From contig CDPCPM010000011.1 of the NCBI GenBank assembly GCA_976551045.1, forward strand, positions 8,742,001-8,806,000: a DNA stretch of 64,000 nt, given 5' to 3'. Each line of letters starts with the position of its first letter. The first letter of the stretch is position 1. The stretch comes from Glaucostegus cemiculus. Lineage: Eukaryota. The position numbers were made by a program, and so were the translations under genes. Under the pieces are notes generated by a model. That model searched no databases. It was not told the DNA's origin and was given only the letters and a program-made list of their open reading frames with translations. Shown piece by piece: positions 12,083-25,867 of this stretch.

Positions 12083-14499
12083 AAACTCAGGGATTCAAAC
12101 TCATAAGTACATTTTCTACTAAAGCAAAACATTTTCCTTGTACAAGCTTGGATAGGTTCTGGAATCTGGCTATTCAAGTACAGTCAAAACCAATCCTATT
12201 CAAAGTACAGCCCAAATTTAAGAACAATTGTAACTGAAGATCTTCTTCCTCATATTCAAGAGTACACTGAAATAATTCAACTGCAACAACCTGAAGTAAT
12301 CAACTTGCCCTTTAAGAGAAACTGAATTGGGAACAATTTCATCTGCATGATTTAGCATTCTACAGGCCTTGAACTCACTAGGCCAAAACAGCAGCAAAAT
12401 GAATGTATTTAGGCCAATCAGCATGCTAATTATACAATTTTTAATCAAGACAAAAGGTGTTATTTTATTTGAACTACAATACTGGAAATTCTGATAATGT
12501 GAGGTTTGTCCTATCTTTAGGAAGCAGAGATATAACCAGTCAAAGAAAGTTCCCACAGTTCAATCTATAACCATTTTTCAGTGAAAGCTGAACATGGATG
12601 CATTAATTATGTCGTACAACAGTACAGGCACACCCATGAAACTATATTTCAGAGAACTATTCCTGATCACTTCCTCTACAGAATAGAAGCAAGTTGTGAA
12701 AGTGTCGATAACGCTAACAGGCATTCAGTCTCTCAGATGTCCCAGAGACAACCTGCAAAATTTTCATAAGATTATGTTGAACTAAGAATTTCATTAATAT
12801 AATTGGTTTACCATATATCATTAAATGAACCAGGGAACATGGCAAAAGCATTATTCAGGTCTTTGCTAATTTCCACTATCTGTAGATATATATGATCACT
12901 TAATTGAATTCAATCATATTATACATCAACTTTACTATTTTCTCCAAGACACTAAATAGAAAGTTTGTTAAAAATTATTCCATGTAGAATACAGGCTACC
13001 AAAAACAAATGTTACTTTTACGAGAAGTCTGGCTGGACTCTAAATTTAAGTTTATTCTTATGGGATCCTTATCATACACCAAAAAAGATAACAAATTAAA
13101 AACATATCAGTTGCTTCTCACACCCACATGAATAAATATTTAACTAGGAGGTAAACATATCCTTTAATTCACCCTTGAGAATATTTCATTGCCCTCAAGC
13201 TTTCTTCCCCTATTCTCAGTAATGGAGCTTTGAGCCCAGTATACAATATTGCCACTATTTGCATCAGCACAAAAGCTCAAGAGAGCCAAATTCAAATCAA
13301 CTTTATTACTAAGTTAGTTAATTTTGTAGAATTCTCATAGTAGGTTAAAGGTTCTGAACTCAGTACCAGTTCATAATTTGAATACTCTCTATTCAGTGCT
13401 GAAAATGCTATGAATTTTTAACTAAAGTTGAACTGAGGTTCTCAAAAATTACTTCAGTCAGGTTAATGTTAAAAGTCTTTTAAACAGGTGGGCTTGTCCA
13501 AAATTTACTTCTTTACCAGTATCCCATAATATAGAAGATTGACTGATATTCATGACCATAGCTTTTTAAAAAAACTTTTCGTGGCACTATTAATGCAGAA
13601 GTTATTGATTTCCAAACTAATTCCCAGTGAAGAGAGTCATTTACAATGATTCAATGGCAATACATTGCTATGGAAGTACAAGTTTAGCTATGAATCTAAT
13701 TGCCATTTTTCTAAATTGCTGCTATGTGACTTTACAATGAACACTGATGCGAAATATTTAAAAGGGCATTATCCCAAAAAATTATTTGAACACATCAAAA
13801 ATAGTCTGCACAGAAAGTGTTTTGTAAGACTTGTCCTTTCAGTCCTTAGATTATGCTTGAACAAGGACACGTACAGGGTGGAAAACATGGGGAAGAGGGA
13901 GAGAGGGAGCACTGCAGCAGGGTCAAGAGTGGTAATGGAAGTGGCAGGAACAGGAGCAACCCAGCAGCCTTTGACAGGAGGCAAGGCTGGAGAGGGCAAC
14001 ACCTTGCCTTCTGTGCAGGCTTTATAACAGTACAAAATACCTCTGATACTCTTTTTAGCTCTTGCTTTCTAAGTAACTTGATTACCCACCCAGATGTTAT
14101 TAATAATACTCTCAGATAATGAACAGGTTTGCAGACATACTGTATTTTTATTTGACACTTCCAACCCATCTTCCATTCTAACAACCACGTTTGGCTTTGG
14201 ATAGAAGGAAATAGTTTATAAATAGAAAATGCAAAGTAAGATTTGAAGACCAAGCTTTTTTTTGAATTAGAACAAAAGTACATGGTGCTTCATTCCTTCC
14301 AGTGTCACACACCTAGTTCATGCATCACAGTGCTGGGAACCAGGATCCCCATGGAAGGCTGCAAAAAGTGTCTTTTTGGAGGAAAAAAGTGACCCAGCGC
14401 AGATGGCCATTGATTTCCAAGCAACAGCAGGATCTGCTCCAATATCTTCAGATATTTCCAGTTAAATGGAGTTTAATATAGATTCCACTTCTTTCTATG

Positions 14500-15500
14500 T
14501 CTTGTGTTTCCTTTAGGGAGTAAGCCACCCTGTCCCAAAACTCAACAAGATCTTCTAACTCAGCACCACTTTCTTGCATTAAACACATATCTCTCAATTC
14601 CCTTAAAATCCAAAAATCTATTTGTCTCTGCCTTGAATATACTCAGTAGAATTGAGGGTTGAGAATTCCAAAGATTCATTGCCACCTGGTAAAGAAATTC
14701 TTCCTCACTCTTGAATACCCAACCTTTCAGTTTCAGATTGTTAATCCCTGGTTCAGGACAGTCTAACCATGGAAAACATCACCCCATATCTAATCTATCA
14801 AGTTCTGAAGTCAATCAGATCACATATCATTTGTCTAAACACATGAGTATAGGTTCATTTCTGTTCAATCTTTCCTTATAGGAAAGCCCCTCACCTCAGG
14901 AATCAATCTTGCGAGCCTCTGTTGTACTTCTCCAACTGCAACCATACTTCTCCTTAGGCAGCAAGACCAGAATTATACACAATATTCCGAGCAGAGTCTC
15001 ACCAGGATCCTATACAATTGCAGCAAGACATCTATACTTTTGTATTCAAACCCACTTGCAATAAAGACCAACATACTTCTGACTAGCCTGCTGCGTCTGC
15101 ATGTTAACTTTCAGTGATCCATCTACAAGGATACTCAGGTCCCTCTGAAGATCAATATTTTTCAATCTGTCACCCTTTTTTTTAAACCAATGTGGATGAC
15201 TACTTAAATGTTTCCACATTTATTCTATTTGTCTTGCCCATTTAGCCCATCTACAATTACTTGATGCTCTCTGTATCTTCCCCAGAGCCTGCTATCATCC
15301 AGGTTTATACCACTTGGATACATTATACATGATTTCCTCATCCAATTGCTGATGCAAACTGTGAATAGCAGGGGTTCCAGCATCAAGCTCCATGGCATCA
15401 CTCTTGTCACAACTCCTCCACCTGAAAGTGATCTGCATTATTCCTTTTCTCTGTTTTCTGTCCATTAATCAATATGTTATCTGCAATCCCACTTTGTTTA
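14500..15500 (-). mobile_element. Old CR1 LINE fragment (RT to 3' end)
   Basis: Minus-strand RT-like remnant (LEPLLFTVCI) and CR1 C-terminal patterns; heavily decayed. Confidence 0.6.
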
Positions 15501-17179
15501 ATATCCATTGTCTGGTTATTCAAGGAAAAACTCTTCTAGATTATCAGACAATAATAAAAGATTCAAACAAGAATTCTCCTTACTCAAACTTCTCTCATTT
15601 GGAAGATTGGAGAAATGTTTGACTGCATATTACTTATGGATCTATTTTTGTTCAATTACTTCATTAATAAATTACTCCAGATATAACATAAATAAAACAG
15701 CTCATTTTAGGAAATCCTGAAGTGCACACTTATGAAAGTGTTTTAATGGTTACAAAATGAAGAAAAGCTCTATATCTGTGTTATTTTTATAGTTTCCCAG
15801 TACTGCTGATCTCACACATATGTTTCTATAGTAAACATGAGCATTCCCTGGGTATTATAATCAACAGCAGAAATTTTCAACCAAAGGCACTTCCTCACAA
15901 AACAAATAAAAAGCTGCTCTGGAACTCAGGCATAAAAGTCTGGCATTTCGCTCTTGTAACTGTGATCTTCATAGCATCTCAGCGTTTACTTTTTAGGCTT
16001 GAAGTATATTAGATGTCCTTTTAAGCCAGACTGACACATCGAGGAAACATCTGTGCCGCCATGTGCTGTGTGGATTTACTAGAGACAATGCTGGCTTGAC
16101 AGACGTGTGGAGTGCAGAAGGACAGCTGGATATCTTATCAAAGTATTTTAGTGTATGAGAAGTGATTTGATAGCCTGAAAAGTAACAAATTAAAAAATAA
16201 CTTGGGAACACAAGGTGTGGAATTACAAAATACCCATTAGCCCAACATGTTCTTTCATTTCATCTGTTCAATCCTGCCAATCTTCAGACTTAATCCTCCA
16301 CAAACTTTATTTCTGTCCTCTGAATGGTCAGCTAAACAAAGTAGGTATCTGATCATACTGTAAATGTCAAAAGACTAGACCTTGTATATAAATAATGCTT
16401 TGTATGTAACAAAACAACTTCAGGGGTGTCAAGGACGATATGGAAGTACATTTAGCCACTGTTGCTGTGCTATTGACCACTAAGGTGGCAACCCTTGCGA
16501 TATTTAATCAGCAATATGGAATACCCGCCATATGATACCTACAGTGCAACGCTCATCTCTATATGCTGTTAAATTATGAACACGAGCTTTATGAGACATT
16601 ATATTTCACTGACTATATTATACATCTCTACAAGGTTGTAAACTATTTGGAGGTGTATGGCATAATTAGGCTAGTAAATTTTTTTGACTTTTAAATTCCA
16701 ATACAGAGCAATAAAAAAAGCAGGAAAAAATAAAAAGAACAGAAGGGACCATGAGATGAGCAAAAGGGAAACAACAAAACACATTATATGTCACTGTGTA
16801 ACTTACAAGTGCATTTTTATTGGAAATACCTGATTTCAGCTTCTGGCAATCTACAGCAGACTGACTACAAGAACACTTATGCAGCACACAGGAATAGTAA
16901 ATATTCTCAAAAATCATGCAATCAAATATTTTCTCAGCTGAATTAGTTAAAATGGCAAAACTTGAACTAATAGATTTTTGTCTTAAAGAAATATTATTAT
17001 AGACTTAAGAGCTTCCAACTAGGTCAAGTTCCTGGAACAGTCTGGTGTTGTATACTCAGGAACACTGGGGTAGAGTTCCTGGGTAGGATGTGTTCTTAAT
17101 TTTCCAATTTTATTTGAATGGCAAGTCCTTTTCCTATAGCAGCTAGAACCAGTGCATGATGCATTGCACCAAGTTACTA

Positions 17180-17520
17180 CCAATTTCTAAGGCAGAAGAT
17201 TAGAGAGCGCGAGAGATTTTCTAGGTAGGGTGTGCTGGGAGATGTGGATATAGGCTGTGATGGCAATTGAAAAACAGGATTTTAAAACTGAAGCAGCTGA
17301 AGACAAGGAGCCCATGTAGACCAGTATGCAGGGAGTGGATGGGTGAACAAACATGTGGGAAGCAAAGTTTAGGATTATCAAAGGATTATGTAGGATAAAA
17401 TACTGGGAGGTTTACAAGAAAAGCATGGATCACCTCAGCCAAGTCCAGAGATAACAAAGGCACAGATGAAGGTTTCAGCAACTGATTTGCTGATGCAGGG
17501 TTAGAGTCAAAGCATGTTGC
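17180..17520 (-). mobile_element. Decayed L2/CR1-group LINE fragment; related pieces at ~6590-6800, ~48700-49230 and ~53020-54100
   Basis: Purine-rich plus strand with recurring motifs such as GTTTCAGCA...GAG/GCAGG and ATTTTAAAA..GA.GC. Confidence 0.5.
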
Positions 17521-18479
17521 CATTCAAAATCACCACCTGATGTGACACCAGGCTTAAAAAAATTACTCAAGCGTGGTCTTTACATCACTTAAGCATATTT
17601 CTCAAGTCCTTAGACTTCAAAAGAAAAAGAGTGTTAAAATTAAAAGATATTTTATGAAATGATGATTAGGAAGCAGCTAAATCTGAAGAACTGGGATTGG
17701 TAGAGACAGACATATAAATCAGAAATCCTGAACAGTTCTAATATTACCAAGGCTTGGTAACAAATATACCACTGACAGCTAGTCAGAGCGAATCATGACA
17801 GTTCAAGTGATTTTTCAAAGTGAAAAGTAATGTTGCAAGAAGAACTATTTTCCAAGGAGAAGATACTTATGCTGCCAAAAATCTGGAAATTCTGTTCCCT
17901 GCAAGTATTAGATCACTTTTGGCTCCCCAATCTTCTTTCTTTTGGCTTCTCATTCCTTTCCCTTTATGGTAGTCGGTAGACATTGCATTGAAATTGAACA
18001 CTGTCTTTCAAAGCCCACTTTATGGTTTGCTCTCTTGAATGACGTGGTTGGACCATTCTGCTGTCAACTGTGGTATTACCATAAGGGGGTTTCCATCTGG
18101 CTTCAAAATGCCAGCAGTAAAGGAACTGCAGCTCTGCCGAGTTGTCGGAATGCTCCTCAAGGGAACCATTTGGGTTTTCTGGAAAACCATCTCCTGGCTT
18201 TCTGATTTTGGCCACATCACTGACGAAAGGCGGTTGTCCAATTTAAAAAAATCTTAAATATTGACTATGTACATTTCTGCTCACTAGTTTTACATGGAAA
18301 GCTCTCAGATTGCAGTCCAGAAAAACTTTCCCTGTTAATGTACTTTTTAAAAAAAATTATGTAAAATAGTTTATAATATTGTCATCTCAATCATGGTCAT
18401 AGAACAATGACAACCACTAAATCATGGGACTTGCAAAGAGAAAGCTAGTCTTGCACTTGTATAATCCTTTTACATACAA

Positions 18480-18705
18480 ATCAGAGCATTCCAAAGTACT
18501 TCCCAAAATGAAGTACTCTTAATATACAGTATAGGAAATGCGGGAATAATTTCTGCACAGTTAGTTCCCACAAATAGCAATATGACAGAATATCTATCTT
18601 TTTTTTTAAAAAGCCAACTGAGGGATAGATATTGGCCAGGATAGCAGATATTTCCCCTTCTCTTCTTTGCAATCATGACATGCGAGCTTGAAATGGCATT
18701 TTACT
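18480..18705 (-). mobile_element. DeuSINE (SacSINE1/AmnSINE-like) remnant
   Basis: Deu-domain signature TGAGGGATAGATATTGGCCAGGA...TCTTCTT and TCCCACAAATAGCAA. Confidence 0.65.
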
Positions 18706-21700
18706 AAGTGAAGTCCAATAAGTCTAGTCCCAACAGCAAATTTGAAGTCATCAAATAAAATCTTGAAGTTGGACATCCTTGTTAAAAGAAAGATTTTTTT
18801 CCCTGTTAGTATAAAACCCAACCTGCATATTTTGTACACATTGTGGCTAGCTAGGCGAACGGCAGCAACAGTACTTCCACGCTGACCCACAGGAAATTGG
18901 ACCAATGCTGTTAAACTGGTCTTCTCACAGTGAGGAGACAGTCCAGCGGAGGCCAACCCTGAGAATGGAGCAGCCCAATCATGCCCAGTACCACAGAGAG
19001 TCTGAGTCCCCTGCAATCAACAGCAGCATCAGGGCCACAGATCAATTGATCTGGAAACTGGAATTGGTAGTTCAAAAAAGCCCAAAAGTGTACGCAGGAC
19101 TGATGGCAATAAAGTCTTAAAGAATTAAAAAATTACAGGTGATGATTTTCAAAATTCAAAGATTTCCCCATGCACAAAACAGAACAGGAAATGGCATCAG
19201 TGTTCATGTAAATCATGAAAAGAAGTGCCCAATGTGTGGCTCCCCTCTAAGAAATGTGTATAAACACTGCATACCACGTACACAAGCATGTGTTGTAATC
19301 TACTTATGCTCAGAAGAGCAGCACAAATAGATTTTCTCCAATCCAGTTTCTAAAAGTCTTTTACCTCCTTCTGAGAAAACAAATGGGGGTTTTCATTCAG
19401 TGCAGGACTTCCCTCAGTAATAAAAGGGAACATAGATTTTAAGCTTCTGGCTCAGAGGTGAGTGCCGCAGACTGAGCTACCAATAACACCGTAAATACTT
19501 GTGTGTTTTGGTAGTGCATAAAAGAAACTTTGAACAGGCTGGCTTAAAGATGGCATATTATAGGTTTCTGGAAAAAAAAATGAAGCATCCAGTAGAAATC
19601 CAGAAAAACAAAGTGACAGAAAGAAAACAGTGTTCAGTGTTGTGAAGCTCAATTATGAACAGAATGGTTCCATACCAATCCCTAAATATTACAGGTACAG
19701 ATCACATTATACCACCAATCTATGTTTACATCACACAAACTCACCATACTAACAACAAACAAGGCATCAGGAGTTAGGGTTTAGATGAAGAATGTCCTTC
19801 AATCTTATCCTTGCATTTTAATACACACCATCTACCTGTCACATGACCAGGCTATTTCTTAAATGAGTTCAGTGCCCTGGTGTTCTTCTCTAGTCAAATT
19901 TTTGTTTTGTCAATGGGATTGTCCTGAATTTTCCTTCATGAAAAATCAAATCTGAGCATTCCTCTCATGATGCCCAGTGTATCTGGAGATATTTACTATA
20001 GTCTACCTTCTTTAACCAGCGAAAAGGGGCCACTTTTATGACCCATCCCTCAAGCTGAGGCTCCCCAGCTGGTGAACTCATTATTTCAAGCACTTTCTGC
20101 TTCATGAGTATTTCCTGTAATAAATAAGTTCAATATTAATAAAGAAAGTTCCCTTCAAATAAGTAAACTAAAAGACATAAGCTTTCAATACTTTGCATTA
20201 TCATGCGCTGGACCAAGTGAAAATTTTTATTAAAATTTGGTTACAGCTGGTATTTAAATAGCTTTAAGTCTGCAGAGAGTAGAGGCATGAAGTTCAGCAG
20301 CCAAGGTAAAGATGATGTTATTTTTACATTTGTTGGGCAGAGATTTGGATAATAATCTACCTGCTATAGCCAAGTTATAATAGACTATGTGGGTTCATAA
20401 AATGTAAAATACAAGGATATTAAATCTTTTTTCTTGTCTTTAGGGAATTAAAGACAATTTATACATTATTGTGTATTTTCAATTAGATAATTTCATCAAA
20501 AAAGTAGCAGAAGGTTTAAATTTAAATTAAAGGCAGTAAATTTAGTGGAAGAAATGATAGTGAAATGTCAAGGTTTACTGAACAAAAGTAGTTTGGTTGC
20601 TGTTGTGAAAAAAACGTAGGCTTACTTTGAAAGGAGAATGTGCATTGATTTTGACAATGATGATTGATTTACAGAATAACATCATATATATTTAAATCTA
20701 CTTGAAAGTTCCTAACTTTTGAGTGGTGCAACCAGGGGCCAGGGCTGACTAGGTTTGTCCTGCTCCTGAAAAAGCCAGACATCAAATTCAAAACCTACCA
20801 TGTTGACTTATTGTAGTTTTGATGCTGTTGTCTTTTGCAGTCATTTGTACTGGAACTCATTATTACAGATGTTTCTGCACACTGTAGAACTAGTAACTTG
20901 AGATATTTCATCTAGTGGACTTGATGATCAATCCTTCATCTATTTTGCTGACTTATGTAAAGCAGGTGTAGGATGGAGAAAGCAGTCAAGACCCAATTCT
21001 AGCTGCAATGTCTTATATATAAATAAAATAACTATTATGTCTGAGAGGAGTTAAATATTCAGACTAATTTTAGGTTGTAAATCTTGCTTCACTTAATGCA
21101 CTTTTATCTTAAAGAGCAAATTCTTACATGACAGTTTCATAATGCACTTAAATAAATATTGGTAAGATGAGCCCATCAATTCCCCTTAGCAAATGACAGC
21201 AGTAGACATATCCTACTCAACTATTTTTTTTTTGTTTATATATACACAATATTGCAGTTAGGATCCAGGAGGTATCTTGCAAGTGAAATAATAGTAAAAC
21301 AAAACAAAAACTTATTTGTTTTTAAAACTATAGGAACAGCATTTCTCTGCTTCATGGCACATGGGATGCGCAAATTCAACACCATGTTAAATGCTCTGAA
21401 AATATCTTTGCAAAATACCATATTAAATCTACAGCCTGGCTAATAATTTACATCCCTCATTAAGTTCTAGCTATTATGATCTTGGCTTCTAAAAGGTAGA
21501 ACTTTTAGAATGTGCTCATATCCTCTGTCAAGGTCAGAAGTATCAGCAGGATCCTCTTCCAGAATTAGGGCAGTCCTAGTTTTGGAGGTCTGAATTCGAT
21601 CATCCCATTTTCACAATGCATTACCAAATAGCCTTACAGTACAAATATTAAGGGTACTATAAATAAAAATACATATTGACACTAAATCTGAAATCTATTG

Positions 21701-22289
21701 ACACAAAACCCAACTATTGATAAAACAAGCAGAAATGGCCATATTTAATTTTTAAAATGTGCATGGCATACAGCATCACCAACCTGGCTCTCAATAATGT
21801 TTGGGTTGGTATGCATTATGGATATGGTTGTAACCTCACTGGAATATTTTGCTAAATCTATTCTGTTGTGTAAATAATGTGATCTGCATGTGACACAGTG
21901 CTGATCACTTAAATGTTTAACCCCCAATGTTCTGGAACTGATGAGATGTACATCTCTGGTCATCACCAACCACACTTGCACAGTGAGTGAGAAAGCCTGG
22001 AGTGACTGGCTTTATACAGAGTGGGACTACACCCACTGTACTCCTGCTGCAGTGCACAGGTCAATTTACACTTGGATACATGTGAGAGTACTCCTGGATT
22101 AACATTCTTTCCACAGAAAACCTGGCAAAAGTTGTTATATGTTTGATAAATGAACATTCTGAAGTAATCCTAGGAAACAGTGATTCTTTCCACATCCACT
22201 CTCTTGGATAAATGTGCTCTCCATGAGAGAGAACCGTCACAGCTTAGGCTTGATGCTTTACTGGGACATGTCGCTCAAAAATAAAGTTG

Positions 22290-22620
22290 GAGTCATGCAA
22301 CAAAGAAACAGGCCCTTTAGCCCACTGTGTCCATGACCACCTTTGTAGTACCTATACTTGTCCCACATTTGCTCTAATAGCCTTTATTGCCCTAGTAAGT
22401 CAAGTGATTGTCTAGATGCTTCTTAGATATTGCGAGAGCAACCAATTCTACCACCACCTCGGGCACTCCAAAAAAAAAATTCCCCCACACTCCCTGGAAA
22501 TCCTCTAGTTCTCACCTTATACCCATGCCCTTTTGTTTAAGATGGCCCCCACCAAGAAAAAATGATTTTTGCTTTCTCCACATCTACCCCCGTCAGAATT
22601 TTATAGACCCCATTCAGGTC
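22290..22620 (-). mobile_element. CR1 3' fragment
   Basis: Reverse CR1 tail GAAACAGGCCCTTTAGCCCAC followed by decayed C-terminal coding sequence. Confidence 0.7.
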
Positions 22621-22721
22621 ACTGTTTCAACTTTCTCTGAAAGTAAGCGATGTGTTGTTTGTGTCAAAGCTAGTTACCTCTCACACTCATTAGCATTTTA
22701 TATTTTTGGCCGATTCTTCTT

Positions 22722-23020
22722 GGGGGACAGTGCCATGGCACAGCTACAGCAATCCACATTCATTCCTGACCTCAGGTGCTGTCTGTGTGGAGTTTGCACA
22801 TTCTCCCTGTGACCACACGAGTTTTCATTGGATGCTCCAGTTTCCTCTCTCATCTCAAAGGTGTGCAGGTTGTTCAATTAATTGGTCACTGTAAATTATC
22901 CCTAGTTTGTAGGTGAGTGACACAGGGAGTTGATGGGATTGTGGGGAGAATCAATGGGAAGAGTGCGAGTGAGTGTTTGATGGTCAGCACAGGCCTGTTT
23001 CCATGCAGTATGGCTCTATG
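22722..23020 (+). mobile_element. HE1-like V-SINE
   Basis: V-domain GCTGTCTGTGTGGAGTTTGCACATTCTCCCTGTGACC and tail GGCCTGTTTCCATG...CTCTATG. Confidence 0.85.
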
Positions 23021-25867
23021 GTTACTACTCTATAACAGTGGTAAATGGAGATTATTTTTAATTTGCTCTAGGGTATAGTTATACTGGAAATCTAATATTT
23101 ATTGCCCATTTCTTGTGGCCTAGAAGGAGTAACTCAAGTTGCATACCAGTGGGCTTGAAGTCATATCTTGCCCTGATTGGACAGCAAGTGGCTGACTGCA
23201 TTTTATAGGAGGATGTCTAGCAAGAGTTTATTTTCACAAAAATATTCCAACTGGTGTGCTTTTCTTCTACTGGCACCAGCCCACAAATGATTCAGTTATT
23301 GAGAGTTCCATTTCACAACTTGCCGAGATGAGACTTGACTTTGCAACATTTATTTTAGGGCTGTATGCACTTGACTACAGTATCCTTTGAAATTACTCCT
23401 TTCTCTGCAAAGACTTAATTTGTATAATCTGATTTTCTGGGGAACATTGGAAGAGGTAGATGGGGAAATGAGGAAGAGTGTATTCAGTGTGAAGTCAGTC
23501 AGACTGGAAATGAAATCCAGCCTCAGTATAAAGAAACCACACACAATATGTGCTTAGAGCTCACCCAGTCTTACTGCAACCTCAGAAGACCTTCTTACTG
23601 CCCCAGACCCAATTTTATTTTCTAGGGAAACTTTGTGCCAATTCATATTGGACTTGGCACTAAACAATGCTGTTTGAGGAAAGAAAGTCATGTTTATTCC
23701 CATTCAGAGAGCAAGATTTAAACCCAAATTCTGACAATAAGCAATAAAGAGTCAGTCTAACCTTACTGTGAAAGTCAGCTTCAATGCAAGGTTGGAAGTA
23801 CCACTGGATACCAGTGTTGGCCTAACAGTTACAATTACTGTCAAGAGGAATTTTACTTGCTTGCATACAGACCTAGACACATCAAAACAAAAATGCCTCA
23901 ATGGGCCAGGATTTAGTTCCTCAGTGAAAGGAGGTCAAGGTTAAGCCACAATGGGAGAAGTGCAAAAGATTTACCACAATTTGTTATCAAGGACCACTGG
24001 ATTTCAACACTGTTGAAAGAAAACATATTCAACTCACCACCATTAATAGCCCCATCCTGAAATTTCACACTAAGTTATATTCCTCTGATATTTTTCAATT
24101 CCCACTGCATTACACATCACTTCTTGGCAAAGTGTGTGGCTTCAGACAACCTGGTTAATGACTCTATGTCACTTTCACTCTGGTTGCTTATCAATGGGAC
24201 AGAATAGCGCAGTACGACGTGACCATTTTTACTCAGTATTTATAAGAAGCTTTTACTTTTGATACTCACACCTTGTACAATCAAATGAGCTAAGATCATG
24301 AACTCATCATGACAAGAAATAGAGATACTAACCACCTTGCATGACTCCAAAACTAAGCAGCTCCTGACATGCTCTTTCAAAAGCATCAACATGGACTATG
24401 TCATCTCCATAACTTGAAGGTTTTTATTGAGCAAAACCACACATTATAATTTCCACCCCAATACCCATTATACCTCCTCTCTGTACTGAATGGAACTTAC
24501 TTGGAATTCATAAATCAGTCATTTTTGATAGCATCAGTTCCTTCAATTTGCTTACATCAAATTAATTTCTTTTCACCAAATGAAGGATGAGGAACAAGTG
24601 CAGTTTATTTGACTGTTTCACAGGAAGATATTTCTAATCAGTTAATGTTGTGGGTGTTGTGGTTTTGCGAAGTGAGATATTCAGCAAAATGCTTTTGACT
24701 CTATATCCTGTGTTAAATTGGCATTTATTAACTGTCACACAATTTACAAGGCTGACACCAAGGAAGAATAGTTTGCTTAATTAGGTGCAAAGTGAAATGT
24801 TATTAAATTAAACTTGCATTGTAAAAGTTGTACAAAGTGAAGGTTGACACATATGATATAATTAATTTATTATAATCACCACCAACCATTATCAAAAAGA
24901 TACTAATTGATATAATGTCTTTAACACTGCAAAATATCCTTGGATATATCAATGCACTGTTATCACACAAAAGTTGACACCAAACTATGTAAGGAGGCAT
25001 CAAGGGAGATGACAAAAGAGACTATTTTTAAGGTCACTTTTAAAGGAATAAAGATGTAGTAGAGCAGAGGAGTCCACAGAAGAAAACACAAAACAGTATG
25101 ACATAGAGATAGCACATGGATTGAACAGTGTAAAGATCAGATCGATAACTGTTTTTTCCCTGTTTCACAACTAAATAATTATTTTGTCTCCAATATTACT
25201 TGTAATAGTTTAAAAAAATCTTCAAAACATGATCACCAACTCTGAAAGACATTGCCTTCTTTGAGTATTCAAGGCTGCTAAAATTCTCCAAAAACCATGT
25301 TGTTAAAAGGGTTACAACTAAATCCATCTGTGTACCTTCAAACAAATTCCCTTTGTTCAAGTGATTTTAAGTAATAGAAACTAGCAATTGAAAAACAGGA
25401 CTGAATAAAATCAAAGTGGCAATTCACCCCCAAGCAAAAGCTGCATCATACAGTATTAAACTTGCTCATACTGCTTTAGTAATCTAGTGCAGATGTCAAT
25501 CACACATCATAAGTCTTTCCAACAAATTATACAATTGTTAAAGGATGCAACAACATTGTCCTTTCTAAAAACAAAATCAGGTATAAAAAGAACTTTGAAC
25601 AAACATTGCTACTACTGTTGAACGAGAAAATACAAATATCGGCAAAGACAATGGCTGATGCCACAGACTTGTTTAATCCCCAACCCCCGTTTGATCATAG
25701 AGCACATTATGTAAGACTTACCAGAAAGTTAATTTAGAGCTACCCAATTGAACTGAATATTGAGTATCAGTGATAAATCTTTCCCTCAAAAGAAAAAGAG
25801 ACATGCATATATTTGTGAAAAGATTACATGGTTTTTGAACAATAAAAGACATTAAACTTTTACTCAC

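Noticed and set aside
24490-24540. Minus-strand donor CAA|GTAAGT as a possible internal first exon
   Set aside because: The upstream frames are closed or not phase 1, and there is no similarity to known SEPT9 sequence.
25715-25725. Consensus minus-strand donor CTG|GTAAGT ~145 nt past the exon end
   Set aside because: Using it would include the in-frame TAA at 25860-25862, and nothing supports its use.
1-25860. SEPT9 GTPase-domain exons (GYVGID, GQSGLGKST)
   Set aside because: Not seen. They presumably lie beyond the left edge of the window.
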